Assembly (NCBI RefSeq): GCF_015706575.1
Contig: NW_024037060.1
Location: 945,983 to 1,009,982, forward strand
Reading direction: 5' to 3'
DNA length: 64,000 nucleotides
Origin: Patiria miniata
Taxonomy: Eukaryota
Below, piece after piece: positions 40,301 to 52,300 of the stretch (positions within the stretch are counted from its first letter, which is position 1; each line of letters begins with the position of its first letter). The notes below the pieces were generated by a model. That model was not told the DNA's origin. It worked only from the letters and a program-made list of their open reading frames with translations, and made no database searches. The translations under genes were made by a program, and so were the position numbers.

Positions 40301-43300
40301 GATGTAGGATACAATGTAGTGTCTTCCTCCTTTGTTGTAGCTGCAATATTGGTCGTTTGTGCCTCAGTTGTCGGTTCAAGGGTTGATGGAATGATACTTG
40401 TAGCATCCTGATTCGTGGTAGCCACCTCTGTTGACGCTTCTTTGGATGTTACCGGATTGGCCGTAGTACCAACCTCCGTAGTGCCTCCTGCTGTGGATAA
40501 CAAGTCTTGTGTTGTTTGATCGATAGTAGTTGCTGCTTGTTCAGTGCTTGTTATGACAGTGGAGGCGAGATCCTCTGTTGAAGATTCCAGAGTTGTAACA
40601 TCCGTTGTCTCGAAAACAGTTGTTACAGCTGCTTGAGATGTAGGATACAATGTAGTGCCTTCCTTCTCTGTTGTAAGTGGAATATTTGTCGTTTGTGCCT
40701 CTGTTGTCGGTTCAAGGGTTGATGGAATGATACTTGTAGCATCCTGATTCGTGGTAGCCACCTCTGTTGACGCTTCTTTGGATGTTGCCTGATTGGTCGT
40801 ACTACCAACCTCCGTAGTGGGCTCTATCGTGGATAACAAGTCTTGTGTTGTTTGATCGATTGTAGTTGCTGCTTGTTCAGTGCTTGTTATGACAGTGGAG
40901 GCGAGATCCTCTGTTGAAGGTTCCAGAGTTGTAACATCCGTTGTCTCGAAAACAGTTGTTACAGCTGCTTGAGATGTAGGATACAATGTAGTGCCTTCCT
41001 TCTCTGTTGTAAGTGGAATATTTGTCGTTTGTGCCTCTGTTGTCGGTTCAAGGGTTGATGGAATGATACTTGTAGCATCCTGATTCGTGGTAGCCACCTC
41101 TGTCGACGCTTCTTTGGATGTTACTGGATTGACCGTAGTACCAACCTCCGTAGTGCCTCCTACTGTGGATAACAAGTCTTGTGTTGTTTGATCGATTGTA
41201 GTTGCTCCTTGTTCAGTGCTTGTTATGACAGTGGAGGCGAGATCCTCTGTTGAAGGTTCCAGAGTTGTACCAGATTTCTCTGTTGTCTCGAAAACAGTTG
41301 TTACTGCTTTCTCCGTTGTCTCGAAAACAGTTGTTACAACTGATTGAGATGTAGGATGCAATGTAGTGTCTTCCTTCTCTGTTGAAGGTGGAATATTTGT
41401 CGTTTGTGCCTCTGTTGTCGGTTCAAGGGTTGATGGAATGATACTTGTAGCATCCTGATTCGTGGTAGCCACCTCTGTTGACGCTTCTTTGGATGTTGCC
41501 TGATTGGTCGTACTACCAACCTCCGTAGTGGGCTCTATCGTGGATAACAAGTCTTGTGTTGTTTGATCGATTGTAGTTGCTGCTTGTTCAGTGCTTGTTA
41601 TGACAGTGGAGGCGAGATCCTCTGTTGAAGATTCCAGAGTTGTAACATCCGTTGTCTCGAAAACAGTTGTTACAGCTGCTTGAGATGTAGGATACAATGT
41701 AGTGCCTTCCTTCTCTGTTGTAAGTGGAATATTTGTCGTTTGTGCCTCTGTTGTCGGTTCAAGGGTTGATGGAATGATACTTGTAGCATCCTGATTCGTG
41801 GTAGCCACCTCTGTTGACGCTTCTTTGGATGTTACTGGATTGGTCGTAGTACCAACCTCCGTAGTGCCTCTATCGTGGATAACAAGTCTTGTGTTGTTTG
41901 ATCGATTGTAGTTGCTGCTTGTTCAGTGCTTGTTATGACAGTGGAGGCGAGATCCTCTGTTGAAGATTCCAGAGTTGTACCAGATTTCTCTGTTGTCTCG
42001 AAAACAGTTGTAGGATACAATGTAGTGCCTTCCTTCTCTGTTGTAGGTGGAATATTTGTCGTTTGTGCCTCTGTTGTCGGTTCAAGGGTTGATGGAATGA
42101 TACTTGTAGCATCCTGATTCGTGGTAGATACCTCTGTTGACGCTTCTTTGGATGTTACCGGATTGGCCGTAGTACCAACCTCCGTAGTGCCTCTGCTGTG
42201 GATAACAAGTCTTGTGTTGTTTGATCGATAGTAGTTGCTTCTTGTTCAGTGCTTGTTATGACAGTGGAGGCGAGATCCTCTGTTGAAGATTCCAGAGTTG
42301 TACCAGATTTCCGTTGTCTCGAAAACAGTTGTTACAGCTGCTTGAGATGTAGGATACAATGTAGTGTCTTCCTCCTCTGTTGTAGCTGGAATATTGGTCG
42401 TTTGTGCCTCTGTTGTCGGTTCAAGGGTTGATGGAATGAGACTTGTAGCATCCTGATTCGTGGTAGCCACCTCTGTTGACGCTTCTTTGGATGTTACCGG
42501 ATTGGCCGTAGTACCAACCTCCGTAGTGCCTCCTGCTGTGGATAACAAGTCTTGTGTTGTTTGATCGATAGTAGTTGCTGCTTGTTCAGTGCTTGTTATG
42601 ACAGTGGAGGCGAGATCCTCTGTTGAAGATTCCAGAGTTGTAACATCCGTTGTCTCGAAAACAGTTGTTACAGCTGCTTGAGATGTAGGATACAATGTAG
42701 TGTCTTCCTTCTCTGTTGTAAGTGGAATATTTGTCGTTTGTGCCTCTGTTGTCGGTTCAAGGGTTGATGGAATGATACTTGTAGCATCCTGATTCGTGGT
42801 AGCCACCTCTGTTGACGCTTCTTTGGATGTTGCCTGATTGGTCGTACTACCAACCTCCGTAGTGGGCTCTATCGTGGATAACAAGTCTTGTGTTGTTTTA
42901 TCGATTGTAGTTGCTGCTTGTTCAGTGCTTGTTATGACAGTGGAGGCGAGATCCTCTGTTGAGGATTCCAGAGTTGTAACATCCGTTGTCTCGAAAACAG
43001 TTGTTACAGCTGCTTGAGATGTAGGATACAATGTAGTGCCTTCCTTCTCTGTTGTAAGTGGAATATTTGTCGTTTGTGCCTCTGTTGTCGGTTCAAGGGT
43101 TGATGGAATGATACTTGTAGCATCCTGATTCGTGGTAGCCACCTCTGTTGACGCTTCTTTGGATGTTGCCTGATTGGTCGTACTACCAACCTCCGTAGTG
43201 GGCTCTATCGTGGATAACAAGTCTTGTGTTGTTTGATCGATAGTAGTTGCTGCTTGTTCAGTGCTTGTTATGACAGTGGAGGCGAGATCCTCTGTTGAAG

Positions 43301-46300
43301 GTTCCAGAGTTGTAACATCCGTTGTCTCGAAAACAGTTGTTACAGCTGCTTGAGATGTAGGATACAATGTAGTGCCTTCCTTCTCTGTTGTAAGTGGAAT
43401 ATTTGTCGTTTGTGCCTCTGTTGTCGGTTCAAGGGTTGATGGAATGAGACTTGTAGCATCCTGATTCGTGGTAGCCACCTCTGTTGACGCTTCTTTGGAT
43501 GTTGCCTGATTGGTCGTACTACCAACCTCCGTAGTGGGCTCTATCGTGGATAACAAGTCTTGTGTTGTTTGATCGATTGTAGTTGCTGCTTGTTCAGTGC
43601 TTGTTATGACAGTGGAGGCGAGATCCTCTGTTGAGGATTCCAGAGTTGTAACATCCGTTGTCTCGATAACAGTTGTTACATCTGCTTGTGATGTAGGATA
43701 CAATGTAGTGCCTTCCTTCTCTGTTGTAGGTGGAATATTTGTCGTTTGTGCCTCTGTTGTCGGTTCAAGGGTTGATGGAATGATACTTGTAGCATCCTGA
43801 TTTGTGGTAGATACCTCTGTTGACGCTTCTTTGGAAGTTACCGGATTGACCGTAGTACCAACCTCCGTAGTGCCTCCTGCTGTGGATAACAAGTCTTGTG
43901 TTGTTTGATCGATAGTAGTTGCTTCTTGTTCAGTGCTTGTTATGACAGTGGAGGCGAGATCCTCTGTTGAAGATTCCAGAGTTGTACCAGATTTCTCCGT
44001 TGTCTCGAAAACAGTTGTTACAACTGATTGAGATGTAGGATACAATGTAGTGTCTTCCTCCTTTGTTGTAGCTGCAATATTGGTCGTTTGTGCCTCAGTT
44101 GTCGGTTCAAGGGTTGATGGAATGAGACTTGTAGCATCCTGATTCGTGGTAGCCACCTCTGTTGACGCTTCTTTGGATGTTACCGGATTGCCCGTAGTAC
44201 CAACCTCCGTAGTGCCTCCTGCTGTGGATAACAAGTCTTGTGTTGTTTGATCGATAGTAGTTGCTGCTTGTTCAGTGCTTGTTATGACAGTGGAGGCGAG
44301 ATCCTCTGTTGAAGATTCCAGAGTTGTAACATCCGTTGTCTCGAAAACAGTTGTTACAGCTGTTTGAGATGTAGGATACAATGTAGTGCCTTCCTTCTCT
44401 GTTGTAAGTGGAATATTTGTCGTTTGTGCCTCTGTTGTCGGTTCAAGGGTTGATGGAATGATACTTGTATCATCCTGATTCGTGGTAGCCACCTCTGTTG
44501 ACGCTTCTTTGGATGTTGCCTGATTGGTCGTACTACCAACCTCCGTAGTGGGCTCTATTGTGGATAACAAGTCTTGTGTTGTTTGATCGATTGTAGTTGC
44601 TGCTTGTTCAGTGCTTGTTATGACAGTGGAGGCGAGATCCTCTGTTGAGGATTCCAGAGTTGTAACATCCGTTGTCTCGAAAACAGTTGTTACATCTGCT
44701 TGTGATGTAGGATACAATGTAGTGCCTTCCTTCTCTGTTGTAGGTGGAATATTTGTCGTTTGTGCCTCTGTTGTCGGTTCAAGGGTTGATGGAATGATAC
44801 TTGTAGCATCCTGATTCGTGGTAGATACCTCTGTTGACGCTTCTTTGGAAGTTACCGGATTGACCGTAGTACCAACCTCCGTAGTGCCTCCTGCTGTGGA
44901 TAACAAGTCTTGTGTTGTTTGATCGATAGTAGTTGCTTCTTGTTCAGTGCTTGTTATGACAGTGGAGGCGAGATCCTCTGTTGAAGATTCCAGAGTTGTA
45001 CCAGATTTCTCCGTTGTCTCGAAAACAGTTGTTACAACTGATTGAGATGTAGGATACAATGTAGTGTCTTCCTCCTTTGTTGTAGCTGCAATATTGGTCG
45101 TTTGTGCCTCAGTTGTCGGTTCAAGGGTTGATGGAATGAGACTTGTAGCATCCTGATTCGTGGTAGCCACCTCTGTTGACGCTTCTTTGGATGTTACCGG
45201 ATTGCCGTAGTACCAACCTCCGTAGTGCCTCCTGCTGTGGATAACAAGTCTTGTGTTGTTTGATCGATAGTAGTTGCTGCTTGTTCAGTGCTTGTTATGA
45301 CAGTGGAGGCGAGATCCTCTGTTGAAGATTCCAGAGTTGTAACATCCGTTGTCTCGAAAACAGTTGTTACAGCTGCTTGAGATGTAGGATACAATGTAGT
45401 GTCTTCCTTCTCTGTTGAAGTGGAATATTTGTCGTTTGTGCCTCTGTTGTCGGTTCAAGGGTTGATGGAATGATACTTGTAGCATCCTGATTCGTGGTAG
45501 CCACCTCTGTTGACGCTTCTTTGGATGTTGCCTGATTGGTCGTACTACCAACCTCCGTAGTGGGCTCTATCGTGGATAACAAGTCTTGTGTTGTTTGATC
45601 GATTGTAGTTGCTGCTTGTTCAGTGCTTGTTATGACAGTGGAGGCGAGATCCTCTGTTGAGAATTCCAGAGTTGTAACATCCGTTGTCTCGAAAACAGTT
45701 GTTACAGCTGCTTGTGATGTAGGATACAATGTAGTGCCTTCCTTCTCTGTTGTAAGTGGAATATTTGTCGTTTGTGCCTCTGTTGTCGGTTCAAGGGTTG
45801 ATGGAATGATACTTGTAGCATCCTGATTCGTGGTAGATACCTCTGTTGACGCTTCTTTGGAAGTTGCCTGATTGGTCGTACTACCAACCTCCGTAGTGGG
45901 CTCTATCGTGGATAACAAGTCTTGTGTTGTTTGATCGATAGTAGTTGCTGCTTGTTCAGTGCTTGTTATGACAGTGGAGGCGAGATCCTCTGTTGAAGTT
46001 CCAGAGTTGTAACATCCGTTGTCTCGAAAACAGTTGTTACAGCTGCTTGAGATGTAGGATACAATGTAGTGCCTTCCTTCTCTGTTGTAAGTGGAATATT
46101 TGTCGTTTGTGCCTCTGTTGTCGGTTCAAGGGTTGATGGAATGATACTTGTAGCATCCTGATTCGTGGTAGCCACCTCTGTTGACGCTTCTTTGGAAGTT
46201 GCCTGATTGGTCGTACTACCAACCTCCGTAGTGGGCTCTATCGTGGATAACAAGTCTTGTGTTGTTTGATCGATAGTAGTTGCTTCTTGTTCAGTGCTTG

Positions 46301-49300
46301 TTATGACAGTGGAGGCGAGATCCTCTGTTGAAGATTCCAGAGTTGTACCATTTCTCGTTGTCTCGAAAACAGTTGTTACAGCTGCTTGAGATGTAGGATA
46401 CAATGTAGTGTCTTCCTCCTCTGTTGTAGCTGCAATATTGGTCGTTTGTGCCTCAGTTGTCGGTTCAAGGGTTGATGGAATGAGACTTGTAGCATCCTGA
46501 TTCGTGGTAGCCACCTCTGTTGACGCTTCTTTGGATGTTACCGGATTGCCCGTAGTACCAACCTCCGTAGTGCCTCCTGCTGTGGATAACAAGTCTTGTG
46601 TTGTTTGATCGATACTAGTTGCTGCTTGTTCAGTGCTTGTTATGACAGTGGAGGCGAGATCCTCTGTTGAAGATTCCAGAGTTGTAACATCCGTTGTCTC
46701 GAAAACAGTTGTTACAGCTGCTTGAGATGTAGGATACAATGTAGTGCCTTCCTTCTCTGTTGTAAGTGGAATATTTGTCGTTTGTGCCTCTGTTGTCGGC
46801 TCAAGGGTTGATGGAATGATACTTGTAGCATCCTGATTCGTGGTAGCCACCTCTGTTGACGCTTCTTTGGATGTTGCCTGATTGGTCGTACTACCAACCT
46901 CCGTAGTGGGCTCTATCGTGGATAACAAGTCTTGTGTTGTTTGATCGATTGTAGTTGCTGCTTGTTCAGTGCTTGTTATGACAGTGGAGGCGAGATCCTC
47001 TGTTGAGGATTCCAGAGTTGTAACATCCGTTGTCTCGAAAACAGTTGTTACAGCTGCTTGTGATGTAGGATACAATGTAGTGCCTTCCTTCTCTGTTGTA
47101 GGTGGAATATTTGTCGTTTGTGCCTCTGTTGTCGGTTCAAGGGTTGATGGAATGATACTTGTAGCATCCTGATTTGTGGTAGATACCTCTGTTGACGCTT
47201 CTTTGGAAGTTACCGGATTGACCGTAGTACCAACCTCCGTAGTGCCTCCTGCTGTGGATAACAAGTCTTGTGTTGTTTGATCGATAGTAGTTGCTTCTTG
47301 TTCAGTGCTTGTTATGACAGTGGAGGCGAGATCCTCTGTTGAAGATTCCAGAGTTGTACCAGATTTCTCCGTTGTCTCGAAAACAGTTGTTACAACTGCT
47401 TGAGATGTAGGATACAATGTAGTGTCTTCCTCCTTTTTTGTAGCTGCAATATTGGTCGTTTGTGCCTCAGTTGTCGGTTCAAGGGTTGATGGAATGAGAC
47501 TTGTAGCATCCTGATTCGTGGTAGCCACCTCTGTTGACGCTTCTTTGGATGTTACCGGATTGCCCGTAGTACCAACCTCCGTAGTGCCTCCTGCTGTGGA
47601 TAACAAGTCTTGTGTTGTTTGATCGATAGTAGTTGCTGCTTGTTCAGTGCTTGTTATGACAGTGGAGGCGAGATCCTCTGTTGAAGATTCCAGAGTTGTA
47701 ACATCCGTTGTCTCGAAAACAGTTGTTACAGCTGTTTGAGATGTAGGATACAATGTAGTGCCTTCCTTCTCTGTTGTAAGTGGAATATTTGTCGTTTGTG
47801 CCTCTGTTGTCGGCTCAAGGGTTGATGGAATGATACTTGTAGCATCCTGATTCGTGGTAGCCACCTCTGTTGACGCTTCTTTGGATGTTGCCTGATTGGT
47901 CGTACTACCAACCTCCGTAGTGGGCTCTATCGTGGATAACAAGTCTTGTGTTGTTTGATCGATTGTAGTTGCTGCTTGTTCAGTGCTTGTTATGACAGTG
48001 GAGGCGAGATCCTCTGTTGAAGATTCCAGAGTTGTAACATCCGTTGTCTCGAAAACAGTTGTTACATCTGCTTGAGATGTAGGATACAATGTAGTGCCTT
48101 CCTTCTCTGTTGTAGGTGGAATATTTGTCGTTTGTGCCTCTGTTGTCGGTTCAAGGGTTGATGGAATGATACTTGTAGCATCCTGATTTGTGGTAGATAC
48201 CTCTGTTGACGCTTCTTTGGAAGTTACCGGATTGACCGTAGTACCAACCTCCGTAGTGCCTCCTGCTGTGGATAACAAGTCTTGTGTTGTTTGATCGATA
48301 GTAGTTGCTTCTTGTTCAGTGCTTGTTATGACAGTGGAGGCGAGATCCTCTGTTGAAGATTCCAGAGTTGTACCAGATTTCTCCGTTGTCTCGAAAACAG
48401 TTGTTACAACTGCTTGAGATGTAGGATACAATGTAGTGTCTTCCTCCTTTGTTGTAGCTGCAATATTTGTCGTTTGTGCCTCAGTTGTCGGTTCAAGGGT
48501 TGATGGAATGAGACTTGTAGCATCCTGATTCGTGGTAGCCACCTCTGTTGACGCTTCTTTGGATGTTACCGGATTGCCCGTAGTACCAACCTCCGTAGTG
48601 CCTCCTGCTGTGGATAACAAGTCTTGTGTTGTTTGATCGATAGTAGTTGCTGCTTGTTCAGTGCTTGTTATGACAGTGGAGGCGAGATCCTCTGTTGAAG
48701 ATTCCAGAGTTGTAACATCCGTTGTCTCGAAAACAGTTGTTACAACTGTTTGAGATGTAGGATACAATGTAGTGTCTTCCTTCTCTGTTGAAGGTGGAAT
48801 ATTTGTCGTTTGTGCCTCTGTTGTCGGTTCAAGGGTTGATGGAATGATACTTGTAGCATCCTGATTCGTGGTAGCCACCTCTGTTGACGCTTCTTTGGAT
48901 GTTGCCTGATTGGTCGTACTACCAACCTCCGTAGTGGGCTCTATCGTGGATAACAAGTCTTGTGTTGTTTGATCGATTGTAGTTGCTGCTTGTTCAGTGC
49001 TTGTTATGACAGTGGAGGCGAGATCCTCTGTTGAGGATTCCAGAGTTGTAACATCCGTTGTCTCGAAAACAGTTGTTACATCTGCTTGTGATGTAGGATA
49101 CAATGTAGTGCCTTCCTTCTCTGTTGTAGGTGGAATATTTGTCGTTTGTGCCTCTGTTGTCGGTTCAAGGGTTGATGGAATGATACTTGTAGCATCCTGA
49201 TTCGTGGTAGCCACCTCTGTTGACGCTTCTTTGGAAGTTACCGGATTGACCGTAGTACCAACCTCCGTAGTGCCTCCTGCTGTGGATAACAAGTCTTGTG

Positions 49301-52300
49301 TTGTTTGATCGATAGTAGTTGCTTCTTGTTCAGTGCTTGTTATGACAGTGGAGGCGAGATCCTCTGTTGAAGATTCCAGAGTTGTACCATCTCTGTTGTC
49401 TCGAAAACAGTTGTTACAGCTGCTTGAGATGTAGGATACAATGTAGTGCCTTCCTCCTCTGTTGTAGTGCAATATTGGTCGTTTGTGCCTCTGTTGTCGG
49501 TTCAAGGGTTGATGGAATGATACTTGTAGCATCCTGATTCGTGGTAGCCACCTCTGTTGACGCTTCTTTGGATGTTACCGGATTGCCGTACTACCAACCT
49601 CCGTAGTGCCTCCTGCTGTGGATAACAAGTCTTGTGTTGTTTGATCGATAGTAGTTGCTGCTTGTTCAGTGCTTGTTATGACAGTGGAGGCGAGATCCTC
49701 TGTTGAAGATTCCAGAGTTGTAACATCCGTTGTCTCGAAAACAGTTGTTACAGCTGCTTGAGATGTAGGATACAATGTAGTGCCTTCCTTCTCTGTTGTA
49801 AGTGGAATATTTGTCGTTTGTGCCTCTGTTGTCGGTTCAAGGGTTGATGGAATGATACTTGTAGCATCCTGATTCGTGGTAGCCACCTCTGTTGACGCTT
49901 CTTTGGATGTTGCCTGATTGGTCGTACTACCAACCTCCGTAGTGGGCTCTATCGTGGATAACAAGTCTTGTGTTGTTTGATCGATAGTAGTTGCTGCTTG
50001 TTCAGTGCTTGTTATGACAGTGGAGGCGAGATCCTCTGTTGAGGATTCCAGAGTTGTAACATCCGTTGTCTCGAAAACAGTTGTTACAGCTGCTTGAGAT
50101 GTAGGATACAATGTAGTGCCTTCCTTCTCTGTTGTAAGTGGAATATTTGTCGTTTGTGCCTCTGTTGTCGGTTCAAGGGTTGATGAAATGATACTTGTAG
50201 CATCCTGATTCGTGGTAGATACCTCTGTTGACGCTCCTTTGGAAGTTGCCTGATTGGTCGTACTACCAACCTCCGTAGTGGGCTCTATCGTGGATAACAA
50301 GTCTTGTGTTGTTTGATCGATAGTAGTTGCTGCTTGTTCAGTGCTTGTTATGACAGTGGAGGCGAGATCCTCTGTTGAAGGTTCCAGAGTTGTAACATCC
50401 GTTGTCTCGAAAACAGTTGTTACAGCTGCTTGAGATGTAGGATACAATGTAGTGCCTTCCTTTTCTGTTGTAAGTGGAATATTTGTCGTTTGTGTCCTCT
50501 GTTGTCGGTTCAAGGGTTGATGAATGATACTTGTAGCATCCTGATTCGTGGTAGATACCTCTGTTGACGCTCCTTTGGATGTTGCCTGATTGGTCGTACT
50601 ACCAACCTCCGTAGTGGGCTCTATCGTGGATAACAAGTCTTGTGTTGTTTGATCGATTGTAGTTGCTTCTTGTTCAGTGCTTGTTATGACAGTGGAGGCG
50701 AGATCCTCTGTTGAAGATTCCAGAGTTGTACCAGATTTCTCCGTTGTCTCGAAAACAGTTGTCACAACTGATTGAGATGTAGGATGCAATGTTGTGTCTT
50801 CCTCCTTTGTTGTAGCTGCAATATTGGTCGTTTGTGCCTCAGTTGTCGGTTCAAGGGTTGATGGAATGAGACTTGTAGCATCCTGATTCGTGGTAGCCCC
50901 CTCTGTTGACGCTTCTTTGGATGTTACCGGATTGCCCGTAGTACCAACCTCGTAGTGCCTCCTGCTGTGGATAACAAGTCTTGTGTTGTTTGATCGATAC
51001 TAGTTGCTGCTTGTTCAGTGCTTGTTATGACAGTGGAGGCGAGATCCTCTGTTGAAGATTCCAGAGTTGTAACATCCGTTGTCTCGAAAACAGTTGTTAC
51101 AGCTGTTTGAGATGTAGGATACAATGTAGTGCCTTCCTTCTCTGTTGTAAGTGGAATATTTGTCGTTTGTGCCTCTGTTGTCGGCTCAAGGGTTGATGGA
51201 ATGATACTTGTAGCATCCTGATTCGTGGTAGCCACCTCTGTTGACGCTTCTTTGGATGTTGCCTGATTGGTCGTACTACCAACCTCCGTAGTGGGCTCTA
51301 TCGTGGATAACAAGTCTTGTGTTGTTTGATCGATTGTAGTTGCTGCTTGTTCAGTGCTTGTTATGACAGTGGAGGCGAGATCCTCTGTTGAGGATTCCAG
51401 AGTTGTAACATCCGTTGTCTCGAAAACAGTTGTTACATCTGCTTGTGATGTAGGATACAATGTGGTGCCTTCCTTCTCTGTTGTAGGTGGAATATTTGTC
51501 GTTTGTGCCTCTGTTGTCGGTTCAAGGGTTGATGGAATGATACTTGTAGCATCCTGATTTGTGGTAGATACCTCTGTTGACCCTTCTTTGGAAGTTACCG
51601 GATTGACCGTAGTACCAACCTCCGTAGTGCCTCCTGCTGTGGATAACAAGTCTTGTGTTGTTTGATCGATAGTAGTTGCTTCTTGTTCAGTGCTTGTTAT
51701 GACAGTGGAGGCGAATCCTCTGTTGAAGATTCCAGAGTTGTACCAGATTTCTCCGTTGTCTCGAAAACAGTTGTCACAACTGATTGAGATGTAGGATGCA
51801 ATGTAGTGTCTTCCTCCTTTGTTGTAGCTGCAATATTGGTCGTTTGTGCCTCAGTGTTCGGTTCAAGGGTTGATGGAATGAGACTTGTAGCATCCTGATT
51901 CGTGGTAGCCACCTCTGTTGACGCTTCTTTGGAAGTTACCGGATTGGCCGTAGTACCAACCTCCGTAGTGCCTCCTGCTGTGGATAACAAGTCTTGTGTT
52001 GTTTGATCGATAGTAGTTGCTTCTTGTCCAGTGCTTGTTATGACAGTGGAGGCGAGATCCTCTGTTGAAGATTCCAGAGTTGTACCAGATTTCTCCGTTG
52101 TCTCAAAAACTGTTGTTGCATCTGCTTGAGATGTAGGATACAATGTAGTGTCTTCCTCCTCTGTTGTAGCTTCAATATTGGTCGTTTGTGCCTCAGTTGT
52201 CGGTTCAAGAGTTGACGGAATGAGACTCGTAGCATCCTGATTTGTGGTAGCCACTTCTGTTGACGCTTCTTTGGATGTTGCCGGATTGACCGTTGTACCA

